A program made the translations under genes and the position numbers. Positions 46,401-55,191 of a stretch of DNA of 64,000 bases are shown piece after piece. Position 1 is the first letter of the stretch. The number at the start of each line of letters is the position of its first letter. The notes under the pieces were generated by a model, which saw only the letters and a program-made list of their open reading frames with translations, was not told the origin of the DNA and searched no databases. The stretch comes from a virus. The stretch spans positions 4,060 through 68,059 of the IMG/VR virus record IMGVR_UViG_3300023435_000659. One strand, given 5' to 3'.

Positions 46401-49400
46401 AGGCACCGGTTGCGGAGGCCCCCGCTAAAGCAGAAGCGGCGGAGGAAACCGAGGCCGAGGAGAAGAGGATTCGTCGTACTGGTGCTGGGTCCAGGGGGGG
46501 TGTTAGCGTCAAGGTTGTGCCTCATCGCACGAGTGAAGGTCGCTTTGAAGTCGCGGTAGTAAAGGATGGCACCCGTTTTTACACGGGCGACTACGCGGAC
46601 ATTGAGGGTGCCACCGAAGGGGCGATTGATCTCCTGAAGTCGCCTGGCAAGGTTGAACCGCCTGCGCCCCCGAAGACGAAGCCTGCTGAACCGGCTGCCG
46701 AGGTCCCTGCCCGCAAGCCAATTACTGCCAAAGGCGACGAAATTGACTTGTCCGGCGTATCCGACCAGCAATTGCGGCACCTATCGAAACAGCACAAAAA
46801 GACCTACGACGCGACAGACATCGGAAGTGCAATTGCGTCTGAGATTCAGAGCCGGGGAATCAAGGACTACCAGGAAGGGCCCCCAGAAGCGGCTCCGCTT
46901 CTCGAAAAGAAGACGGCGGCTCGAAACCTTCGCGAAGAGAAGGAGCGAGCAATCTCAACGGCCCACACCCAAAAGAACGCCGTCGAGCAGAAACTGACGA
47001 TCCAGAGTGCCCAAGCCCATGGCGTCCCGCTCGGGGGCCGAGGAGAGTATGGTCTTTCGGCAGCAAAGAAGTGGAAAAAACAGGTCCAGGCCGCCAAAGA
47101 GTGGGCGCGTCGCCACGAGGATTACAAAGCGGCTGAGCAAGCTATTGAGGATGCCGAGGCCGAAGTTGATCGGGTTAAGGCGTTGGAGGGTGAAGCAGAG
47201 TTAGCATACAGTCGCGAAGCAGGCAAGGATTTCCCGAAGGTCCCCGAGGGACAGGTGCGCTATGCGATCGAAAGTCGCGGCCAAGCCAAAGTCGGTAAGT
47301 TTGATCCTGAGCGTGGGCAGTATCAAGTCGAGTCGAGTGGGATGAAGGGTTGGGTGTCTCCCCAACCGCTTCTCGATAACTATGTTTCCAAGGAAGAACG
47401 CGACGAACTGAACAGGATTGAGCAGGAATACCGTGATGCCAAGGCGAAACTGAATGCCCAGAAAGCTAAAAGGGCAGAGAAGGAACGAGCAAAGGCCGAG
47501 AAAACGCAGCTTCAAGAATCACGAAAAAAAGCTCGGCGTGATGCGGCAAGCATTAACTATTTCCGCGACCTGAAGGAACGAGCCAAAAGAGTTAAGACAA
47601 AGAAGAAGCAAACTATCAAGATCGACGACGACAAGGCAGTTCGCCCATACACCAAAACGACAGGCGAGACTTGGGGCGATTGGGGAGTAGCGAAGGTTCG
47701 CGACAAGGAAGGGCTGCCTGTTTCCCACAAGGAGGATGGTGGCGTTGACCTGATTCACACGCCAAGTGGCAAGATCGTTCAGACGTTTCGCAACGCACCA
47801 CTTGCCAAGCAATTTGCCGCAATGATTGACGAATCGGGACTGGACTATGCCGCTGCACGAATGGAGGGCGAGAAGACCTCGTGGGAGAATCTTCAGCAGA
47901 TGTTCGATGCGTGGGGCGATGAAAACCTGAGCCATATTGCAGACGAGGATTTGGCGAGTAAGTTTACCGCTACTCCTATGGAGCCGGGCATTACCGCCGA
48001 CATCATCCTGGATTCCTACGACCTCGGCCAGCATGGTACTACACAAGATATGACCGATCAAGGCGCCGGAACGGTCAAGCAGCTTGTCAAGGATGTGCCC
48101 GAGTTTGCCTACGACCCGGTGTTCGTGGTGGACAATGACGGGATGCTGGTTTTCCGCGATCACTACACATTCAAGTTCCCGCCTGGACTGTTCAATCTTC
48201 ACCCATCTGAGATTCAGTCGGGTCAGACAGTTGGAATCAACCTGCCGGACCTTGGGCTGAAGTTAGAAACGAGTCAGGCCCAGGTTGTTGCGGCCGTGTT
48301 GAACAACGAGGGGTACACAGCCAAAAGTAGCGGGACCAGCGACCGCCTTACGGTGCGACGGGGTGGCAAGGTGTTCTCTGTCGCCAAGGACCGCGGAAAG
48401 GAATGGCGGGTGCAGGGGCCGGATTCGGCGATGGAGAAAGACCTGCAACGGCTGGTCGGCCAGATTCGGTGGGACCACCATTCGATGCGAGAGAAGATCG
48501 CTGTTGCCAGAGAGGAAGTCCAGCCCGCCCCCGAGCCAGCGGCACTAGAGGGTGTGGAAGGGAAGAAGACAAAACGACCGCCGGTAAGCGAGCATCGTGC
48601 AGCTACTGGTTCTGCGACGATGCGAGTTGGCGGCATTGACGTAAAACCGTCCGCAATCACGTCAAAGATGGCATCCAGTAAGCAAGGGCGGTCTCTGCTC
48701 AAGCAGTTGACAGATGACTCCGCGAAACCTCGCAAGTGGTCTGTTGGCCGTCGCAGCATATTTGAGTTCATTGCTAAAGCATTACATTCGCGGCTCATCG
48801 TGGCGCGATCGCAAGTCAGCCGAAAACACCCGGGCGTATATCACGAAAAACCGCATGTCTGGTTTACTAAGTCTGGTCTCGACGCGCCCACGAATCTGCA
48901 TGAAGCTGGACACGCCCTGCTGGGATTACTGAAAGACTTTGGCGAGTTGTCGGAAGAGTTTCAAGCAGAACTCACAGCATTTGCCGAAATCAATCAGCCA
49001 CCGGACGGATTTGCATCTGCCGTCAACCCCCATGAAGGAATGGCGGAATTGCTGCGGATCTGGACTACAGACCCGTTATCCATCCCCGATTCGCTTCGCA
49101 GTCAGTTCGAGTCGGTTGTGGAAAGCCGAGTACCCGGTACGCTGGATGCGTTGAAGGATGCCAGATTGGCGTTTCTCTACAACGAATCCCGCCCGCCAGC
49201 CCAGAAATTCATTGCCAATATCAACGACCACCGCAAGCGTGGCGAGCGAACACCAGCTAATCAAGCATCTGCTTACTGGCACGCACTCGCTCAAGAAGTT
49301 GTCGGCCCATCGGCCGCGTGGACGTGGCTGGAAAAAGAAATCTGGCGGAACATGCTCGGCACCCAGGGCGTTGGGGCCAAGTTAAAAGGCTGGTTTACTA

Positions 49401-52400
49401 AGGAAGGCAGCAAGGCCCGTCGCAACGCCAATGCTGTTGTTCGCGAGGTGATGGCCAGCCTGGAAGACACGCCTGCCGACGTGAAAACTGCTCAGCAACT
49501 CACGTTTCACGTTCCCAGTATCGTCAGCAATGCACTCTATGGGACGGAAGAAGGCACCAAAGGACTTCGGGTCCATCAGGTAGGAAGCGGGTTCCACGGC
49601 CTGCCCAATGCAGAGGAAGCTATCGCCCGCTTGCAGGCAGCCGGATTCGAGATCCCCGAAGCAGAGGGACATGGGGAATGGCTCGCCTTGCATCCCAGTT
49701 CACTGGAAGACACAAAGGCTGCCCTGGGCGATAGTTGGGAATCGTTCCTTGCATGGGGGCAGTATCGAACCGTTCTTTACCGGCATCGCCATGCTGAGGC
49801 GCGTGGCGAAGGATATTCCTACCCCATGATGGATCAACTGCCTCCAGACGTTCTGGAGAAAACGCTGGATGACATGGCCCGCGAACATCCGACGTGGAAT
49901 CAGCACTACAAACACTTGCAAACCCTGCAAGACCAAGCGTTATTGCTAGATGTGCTTTCCGGCGAACACACTGTTGATGAAGTCATTCGCATGAAGGAAG
50001 CCCACGAAGACTACTGGACGCTCCCGCGGCAGATGGAAAACCTAGCTATGCAGCAAAAGGCTGCGACTGGAATCCACCCGACATCGGGTGTTCGTGGCCA
50101 GCATGGTTCTCGACTGCCGTTCGTCTACGAGCAGGATGGCATCGAGCGAAAACTATATCGGCACATTTCTGCCTATTACGACATTATTGCGAAGCAAGCC
50201 ATGTTGCGGATGCAGCAACAAATGCGGGAGCATTCCAAATGGAAGCAATTGCCCTTTGCGGGGCGTAAATTTGTTGAAAGCATTATGGTTCCCCTGCGAA
50301 TGGACACGACTGTTGCGGCAACGCTTACAGAAGAAGAACTTCAACAGATGGCCGCCGATGCTATCAATGGTTATCTCGAACGGGAAGCAGGAGAGACATT
50401 GCCGGAGGAAATGCAGATCAAGCCCAAAGACGTAGTGCTGGACGAGAACAACAAGCCCATCTTCCGCCGCACGGCTCCGCGGATGGCCAACGTAATTTCA
50501 CTGTTCGACCCGAAACACCCTGGAGTCCGACAGTATTTCTATATCCCCGACCGAATTATCTTCATGTTGCAATCACAGAAGGGGACAAATCTTTTGGATT
50601 GGGCTCTGCCGGCATTGACCATTGGTCGCGAAATTACGGAACCGTTCAAGCGCGAATTGGTGCAGAACCTAGCATTCGCTACCCGTAACGTACCTCGCGA
50701 TATTACTACCGGCGTGGTACTGGCTGAAGACGAACGCTCTTTGGCTCCTGGTGTGACGCATGTTATTGGCTTGGTCGAAGACACATTAGGCAAGGATGCG
50801 GGCGAGCGAATGGCTGCCGAGTTGATTTCACGTAGCATGGAAGGCGTCCATCACGAACAACACAAGGGTGTGTGGGGAAGTTTTGTGGGGGCTATGTCGG
50901 AAGGAGTTGTCATTCATGGCTATGGTGACATGACATTTCCACAGCGGCTTGTCAAGGCACCAGGGCAAATAGCTTCTACGGTGTTGAAACCCATCACGTT
51001 TATCAACTGGCTCACAGGAGGCCGGTATGCCAGTTCCAAGGGCGAAACTGCTGGACGAGCCGGAGCGTATCGTATCGCTAGGGACCGTGGATTAAGCGCC
51101 GCCTCGGCACAAGCTAGGTTCGATCGGGCTACCGGCAACTTTACTCAACACACCCGAAACCGAGCCTTCGCCGAGATGTGGCGTATGATGGGATTCCTAA
51201 ATCCCGCGTGGCAGATTTCTTGGCAGATGTACGATCAGGCGCTCCATCCCGACCCGAAGGTTCGCCAGCAGTTCTACGCCTATAAGTTACCTATCGTCGC
51301 AGCAATGGGGATGGCAATGTCCGCTACGTCGTATCTTGGTGCAATGGCACTTATCGCCGCAACAAGTGATGACGACGAAGAAAAAAAACGTCGCCAGGAG
51401 GAATGGAAGCAACGACAACGAAATCGGTCGAACTGGAGTCGCGCTAGGTACGTACTCATAGGTCTATTTAAGCTGCCCTATGAGTACGGTCCCATCGGTG
51501 CGTTACAAAGCGCGGCTGCCGTCGCGACGATGGATGTATTGCTCGATGGAAAGGTGCAGCTAAACCGAATCGCAGACATTGCGGCTGCGAGGACATCGGG
51601 TGTCGCGGAAATGCTAGGTGACTTATTACCGGTTCCCATGCAAGTCAAGACTGGCATCGAACTGGCGCTGAACTACAAATTCTTTTTTGAGGAACCGGTC
51701 GTTGACCATCGACTGAGGGAAATGTACCCCGATTCGCCAGAACTCCAAACATGGCCCGATACGCCAGAACTATACAAGACAGTTGGCCGAACACTCGGCG
51801 TAAGCCCCGAGCAGATTCGTCATGCCACGCGGGGGATAATAACCTCGCTGGGCGACGATCTGGTGAGCACCCTGTCCAGGGCCGCTGAAGGCAAGCGAGT
51901 GCTTGGCGACGAGGCAGCAGACTTGCCACTGATTGGCCGCTTGATGTCCCGCGAAGCGCGAGGGTTTGCGTCCAAGCCCGTTCAGGATTTGCGGAAACTT
52001 GTCAAGGAATACGATGCACTACTCGGCGAAATCAAGGACCACAAACGGCGCGGTGTCGATACCAATGAATTAGAAGAACAAGTAAAGCAACTAGCACTGG
52101 CAAGAGTAATGAATTCCCTGGTGAAAGATGCTTGGGATGAAGCAAAGAAAGAACGTGAATCTGCATCGCCCGATCCGGAATTGGCAATGGAACATGAACG
52201 GCAGATGACAGACTTAGCGGCTCGGTTCTTCGAGCTAGTCGATGGCAAGACAACCAATCCTGAATTACGGGAACGATTGTACTTGTCAATTGTAACGGCA
52301 ATTAGCCGCATTGGCACACCGTCGCAGAAGGACGATGAAAGTAATGCAGACTTTGCTGTTCGTGTGAAAGCTGCCAATACTAGACGCGAGCGTCTATTTG

Positions 52401-52726
52401 TCGCCCAAGCTACAGTCGCTACCCCCTTGAATCTGCATAATCGCACAACCGAGACACAAAAAGCGTTACACAAGATATTGAGAAACGCAGCCCACACCGC
52501 TACATCAAAGCCAGATGGCCAAGACGAATGGACAGTTGAATGGGGCCGTCAGTCAGGCCAGTATCAACTCCTGCGAAGTTCTGGCATCCCCCTCAAAGAC
52601 GCCAAGCAGCTACTCTGGGACTATTATCGCTACCAGAAAGTGGACAAAACTGGCCACCCATACGGCTCTATCCCGGAAACCCACTCAGAACGGGTGGTAA
52701 GGCTAAGGAGACTTTATGGCACCTGA
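43418..52726 (+). CDS. Giant polyvalent internal virion protein (3102 aa): ART-like, HExxH zincin-like and LPD38-like domains
   Basis: LFHGT...AYLTSD...A.EY...VYEV (about 46058-46360); NLHEAGHAL (about 48892); KLPYEYG...IELALNY.FF...VSPEQI.H...G (about 51440-52000). Confidence 0.8.
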   Translation: MATVADWDTLADEILGPAVGAPNSPPDWDSLADDILDPDQSEPEWPDEPIPAAPTSLPPIIQDLPKEGERQVDRKVPLQPPAPKPPIQVEYGDNKVATFPHGTPKERILRTLRKHTADQRTLTPEQAGGRSQWIDSDKHTEMRKTTPVSQKGLEEYAEFFSSEDADGKPIVVKPEDVTPQMLEGVIKAREEYAADAAGDPIDLVALREFNEDTAAMKRDVDRPWSNETTVEHFARLIDKEMTPEEMVKAARTQGLEGDITPEKARAALIENRAAARIPEVVAADEEILGKRPGYREPEDKPHLPLPTGTPPTWTDTDMGGHAPANDNERMGQYKYTIAKSYSEIWAQTHPEWKDSNTESRLALLNQARTTYGLPEFRQLPGRLGWKAHSKTHAGRSGIAVPAVSELSGHMYNVRVQRAMESLQAAKEKGQEPRIGDMSIASEHMEEMAQLGRGLTVGGWTHAISLPMLKFMAEFTVGTAAVGKTVKGVHALSTTALARQTGTRVALLKLATQLGSKAKMGAYIGAKKGLVSRASGAVGGGLVAGVIRTPVLAPRIVEQTLTAMSPSYMPMIGDDKAVEVYLAKSPESFLKAATKAMGSAYIEMLSETSGYGMRAFKTAMLGQVMKRFGLKSVKQGIGILERMGYHGIVEEFGEERVSATMHAAFGLGEWSDVIPESQQALGELASFSVPSIGGASYSALVNKMNPRLTSKDVQAIKDRYKSGISPSRTEGKRWGMDAKDIKNTGTRRRWLNKTVAAIADHQVAQELEEIERQVAWEKYRTEDTEAQEEVAEEQPQAIEPTVEQPTAPEPPRDNYLRRGAAKAIAKIQQQRQAEAAVPEGEKQKPVVAETPEAAAEAETPAEEQEAAKIKQPVSGYDPGGILLFHGTDEAGRTAIDESGIIRGPAYLTSDADAANEYGGGAGATVYEVRVNPSELLVDFDLPGGRLLDVASANEYTGNEDWTIEDYIESGQSVGTQASVAIRKHSAPKKKRPDAKKAPVAEAPAKAEAAEETEAEEKRIRRTGAGSRGGVSVKVVPHRTSEGRFEVAVVKDGTRFYTGDYADIEGATEGAIDLLKSPGKVEPPAPPKTKPAEPAAEVPARKPITAKGDEIDLSGVSDQQLRHLSKQHKKTYDATDIGSAIASEIQSRGIKDYQEGPPEAAPLLEKKTAARNLREEKERAISTAHTQKNAVEQKLTIQSAQAHGVPLGGRGEYGLSAAKKWKKQVQAAKEWARRHEDYKAAEQAIEDAEAEVDRVKALEGEAELAYSREAGKDFPKVPEGQVRYAIESRGQAKVGKFDPERGQYQVESSGMKGWVSPQPLLDNYVSKEERDELNRIEQEYRDAKAKLNAQKAKRAEKERAKAEKTQLQESRKKARRDAASINYFRDLKERAKRVKTKKKQTIKIDDDKAVRPYTKTTGETWGDWGVAKVRDKEGLPVSHKEDGGVDLIHTPSGKIVQTFRNAPLAKQFAAMIDESGLDYAAARMEGEKTSWENLQQMFDAWGDENLSHIADEDLASKFTATPMEPGITADIILDSYDLGQHGTTQDMTDQGAGTVKQLVKDVPEFAYDPVFVVDNDGMLVFRDHYTFKFPPGLFNLHPSEIQSGQTVGINLPDLGLKLETSQAQVVAAVLNNEGYTAKSSGTSDRLTVRRGGKVFSVAKDRGKEWRVQGPDSAMEKDLQRLVGQIRWDHHSMREKIAVAREEVQPAPEPAALEGVEGKKTKRPPVSEHRAATGSATMRVGGIDVKPSAITSKMASSKQGRSLLKQLTDDSAKPRKWSVGRRSIFEFIAKALHSRLIVARSQVSRKHPGVYHEKPHVWFTKSGLDAPTNLHEAGHALLGLLKDFGELSEEFQAELTAFAEINQPPDGFASAVNPHEGMAELLRIWTTDPLSIPDSLRSQFESVVESRVPGTLDALKDARLAFLYNESRPPAQKFIANINDHRKRGERTPANQASAYWHALAQEVVGPSAAWTWLEKEIWRNMLGTQGVGAKLKGWFTKEGSKARRNANAVVREVMASLEDTPADVKTAQQLTFHVPSIVSNALYGTEEGTKGLRVHQVGSGFHGLPNAEEAIARLQAAGFEIPEAEGHGEWLALHPSSLEDTKAALGDSWESFLAWGQYRTVLYRHRHAEARGEGYSYPMMDQLPPDVLEKTLDDMAREHPTWNQHYKHLQTLQDQALLLDVLSGEHTVDEVIRMKEAHEDYWTLPRQMENLAMQQKAATGIHPTSGVRGQHGSRLPFVYEQDGIERKLYRHISAYYDIIAKQAMLRMQQQMREHSKWKQLPFAGRKFVESIMVPLRMDTTVAATLTEEELQQMAADAINGYLEREAGETLPEEMQIKPKDVVLDENNKPIFRRTAPRMANVISLFDPKHPGVRQYFYIPDRIIFMLQSQKGTNLLDWALPALTIGREITEPFKRELVQNLAFATRNVPRDITTGVVLAEDERSLAPGVTHVIGLVEDTLGKDAGERMAAELISRSMEGVHHEQHKGVWGSFVGAMSEGVVIHGYGDMTFPQRLVKAPGQIASTVLKPITFINWLTGGRYASSKGETAGRAGAYRIARDRGLSAASAQARFDRATGNFTQHTRNRAFAEMWRMMGFLNPAWQISWQMYDQALHPDPKVRQQFYAYKLPIVAAMGMAMSATSYLGAMALIAATSDDDEEKKRRQEEWKQRQRNRSNWSRARYVLIGLFKLPYEYGPIGALQSAAAVATMDVLLDGKVQLNRIADIAAARTSGVAEMLGDLLPVPMQVKTGIELALNYKFFFEEPVVDHRLREMYPDSPELQTWPDTPELYKTVGRTLGVSPEQIRHATRGIITSLGDDLVSTLSRAAEGKRVLGDEAADLPLIGRLMSREARGFASKPVQDLRKLVKEYDALLGEIKDHKRRGVDTNELEEQVKQLALARVMNSLVKDAWDEAKKERESASPDPELAMEHERQMTDLAARFFELVDGKTTNPELRERLYLSIVTAISRIGTPSQKDDESNADFAVRVKAANTRRERLFVAQATVATPLNLHNRTTETQKALHKILRNAAHTATSKPDGQDEWTVEWGRQSGQYQLLRSSGIPLKDAKQLLWDYYRYQKVDKTGHPYGSIPETHSERVVRLRRLYGT

Positions 52727-52729
52727 CGA

Positions 52730-52758
52730 TTGAATTACGCGGCTTTTTCCCTTATACT
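52730..52758 (+). promoter_or_regulatory. Sigma70 promoter (leaderless start at 52766)
   Basis: TTGAAT-17 bp-TATACT; ATG 7 nt downstream. Confidence 0.6.
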
Positions 52759-52765
52759 TCAGAAG

Positions 52766-53365
52766 ATGAGTAACATGCGAACAATGTTGTATTCCGAAGC
52801 CCGGCCGCAAATCAGGACCGGCGACCTGCTGCTGTACCGGCCGACCCGGTGGAATGAGCCGCTAAATAAGCGGATTGCACGCCGCGGGCCGCTCGACAAG
52901 CTGGAGCCGTGGCAACGCTACGCACACGCCGGCATGGCTGTCTGGTGTGAGGACGTCTTGCTTCAAGTCGATATACTCCAGGGTGTCGGCGGCCGTTGCA
53001 TACGGTTGTCTCGCGAGGTAGAGCGATTCCCTGGGCAGTACGACGTTTATCATGTGCTGGTGACGACAATAGCCCGCGAACCGTTGCGCATATTTCCACC
53101 GGCACGGCTCATGCTGGAGTTGGCCGGTTCCCGCTACGGCTGGGAATCACTTGCCTACGCCGCCGCTTCACAGTACGGCCTGGTCCCGACGATTGCCGAC
53201 GACGATCTGAACGGGTCGGTGCCGCATTGTTCGCAGGCGTTTTCCCGTGCGTACCGGACCATCGGTTGCGACCCGCTGAAGGGGCTCTCGGATAGATGCA
53301 CGACGCCGAACCACTTGGCGGTGCCGAGTTTTTCCCGATACCAACTCACCCTGATGGAAGGCTAA
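52766..53365 (+). CDS. Permuted papain-like NlpC/P60 (YaeF/YiiX-type) enzyme
   Basis: TGDLLLY...YAHAGM...G.RY...HCSQ...AY...TPNHL (His before Cys). Confidence 0.82.
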   Translation: MSNMRTMLYSEARPQIRTGDLLLYRPTRWNEPLNKRIARRGPLDKLEPWQRYAHAGMAVWCEDVLLQVDILQGVGGRCIRLSREVERFPGQYDVYHVLVTTIAREPLRIFPPARLMLELAGSRYGWESLAYAAASQYGLVPTIADDDLNGSVPHCSQAFSRAYRTIGCDPLKGLSDRCTTPNHLAVPSFSRYQLTLMEG

Positions 53366-53369
53366 GGCC

Positions 53370-53969
53370 ATGCGAACACGTTACTTGGCACTAGCAGTTG
53401 CAATTGTGCTGGCTGGTTGCGATGGTGTAATCACATACGAGCCACCGAACAAACCAAACAAGCCTTGCCCCGACGGTGTTTGTCCAGACGAAGGCAAGTG
53501 TCCTTTCGCTCTCGTACCGCCGATGGACTTGCCCATTGACTTGCGACAACGAAACTACAACGGTGGTTCCTGTTTTCACGCCGGCACAATCTCGGTTCTA
53601 CGGCATCAAAACTTACACACAGTAGCCGACCACTGGCGGGCAAACTTCGGTGGCGGTGCTTCGGTTGGTCGGATAGCGGGTGTAGCTGATTCGCTCGGCC
53701 TCAAATACGCTTACACGAATATCGGCGACCCCGAATTTCTGGAGTGGTGTTCCCGCACGAGACGCGGAGCATCCATCGCATACTACAGCAATCACGCGAT
53801 TACGTTCTGTGGTTACGTTGGTGGTAATGCAATCTTGATGGACAACAACCGAGTCGAGAAAGAAATCAAAGTTCCGAAGGCCACATTTCTCCGCAACTGG
53901 CGTGGCTATGGTGGGCAGGCGTTTACCGTTGTATACAGCCCAAATCCACCGAGACCGTGGCGGGGGTAA
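53370..53969 (+). CDS. Lipoprotein with papain/C39-like peptidase domain
   Basis: Lipobox LAGC; GGSC...NHAI...MDNN (Cys-His-Asp/Asn). Confidence 0.7.
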   Translation: MRTRYLALAVAIVLAGCDGVITYEPPNKPNKPCPDGVCPDEGKCPFALVPPMDLPIDLRQRNYNGGSCFHAGTISVLRHQNLHTVADHWRANFGGGASVGRIAGVADSLGLKYAYTNIGDPEFLEWCSRTRRGASIAYYSNHAITFCGYVGGNAILMDNNRVEKEIKVPKATFLRNWRGYGGQAFTVVYSPNPPRPWRG

Positions 53970-54000
53970 CACGTTTCCTCTTTTACAAGGAGTCCAAGCA

Positions 54001-54705
54001 ATGGACAAGAAAGCGAAGTATGCTTCGGTGTTGCTTTTCGCGTTGGCATTTCTGGTGCTGACGGGTTGGGTTTACACTCAAACAATTGACGCCGCAAAAG
54101 AACGAGCCAAGTTGGACACGTTCAACCGCACCGTCGATCTTGTTGTCGAAAATGCTCAAGAGCAGATATTCGATCTGCCCGAAGATGGAGGCGCATGGTA
54201 CACCACTGTTTTCGTTGACGCTGATTGGAGAAGCAAGCCGAATCAGCGCAGCCTTGTGGCGTGGTTTGAAACCTCTAATGGACTGCGTTCGCTGAAAGTT
54301 CAGACGCATTGGAATTTGTACGTGCCTACCAATCCGCTGTTTCGGTCACGATGGTCGGCAAAGGTTCCCACCCGCCCGTGCGTGATGGTTCAGAATTCCA
54401 AGGGTAAAGTGATTTACAAGGCGAGCGGTGAGAACATTCCGACCCATGCCGATCAACTCGTTGTGGATATTCACACGATGATTGAAGGCTGCCCGTGGGT
54501 GAACCCAAAACCGAAACCGGATCAGGACGTGATACCAAAACCGGATACCGACATAGATGCGTCGGACGTTGTGCCGGACATCGTGCCGGAAGTCGAAACA
54601 CCAAAGTCAGATACGGCAATCGCAGTGCTTGTGGGCATCATCGCCTTGGCTGCCGGCATTCTGATTCCAATCATCGACCATCTTAAGAGTGCTTTCAAGG
54701 CGTAA
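54001..54705 (+). CDS. Membrane protein with TM helices at both termini
   Basis: AAGGAG RBS; hydrophobic N- and C-termini; Pro-rich linker. Confidence 0.7.
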   Translation: MDKKAKYASVLLFALAFLVLTGWVYTQTIDAAKERAKLDTFNRTVDLVVENAQEQIFDLPEDGGAWYTTVFVDADWRSKPNQRSLVAWFETSNGLRSLKVQTHWNLYVPTNPLFRSRWSAKVPTRPCVMVQNSKGKVIYKASGENIPTHADQLVVDIHTMIEGCPWVNPKPKPDQDVIPKPDTDIDASDVVPDIVPEVETPKSDTAIAVLVGIIALAAGILIPIIDHLKSAFKA

Positions 54706-54748
54706 GCCCATTGCACTCTGTCACAATTTTTCACAAAGGAAAAACACA

Positions 54749-55162
54749 ATGATTTCAATTTCAACAACGGTCGTTCTGATTGCAATAGTCCTGTTTGGAG
54801 CAGGCTATTGGATCACTCAGAAGGTTCTCAAAAAAGACAAGCAAGTTGATCTCTGGCAGGAAGACCTTGCCGAACTGTCTGGCTGGCTGGAGAAAATCTG
54901 TATGCCGAAAATCGCAAGCATCGCTCGCTCGGCATCGGCAATCAACGTCAGTGGGGCGATCACGAAGCTCCGGGAACTGCGGGCACTGTGCCAGAGTCCG
55001 GCGGCGATGGTCGAGCTTTTGGCAGAGCATTTTTACTACCAACTACCGATTCGCCTCGATAGCGTTGAGGACCGTGCGGAAGTCGTGAAGTTGGTGCTCG
55101 GCCACCCGGAAACACGAGCCGCTGTTATCGCCGCTCTTAGTGACGACCAGTCGTCCCCATAA
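54749..55162 (+). CDS. Membrane-anchored hypothetical protein
   Basis: AAGGA RBS; N-terminal TM helix. Confidence 0.7.
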   Translation: MISISTTVVLIAIVLFGAGYWITQKVLKKDKQVDLWQEDLAELSGWLEKICMPKIASIARSASAINVSGAITKLRELRALCQSPAAMVELLAEHFYYQLPIRLDSVEDRAEVVKLVLGHPETRAAVIAALSDDQSSP

Positions 55163-55191
55163 GGGGGTTGGTGGCCGCAATGGAAGGACGA

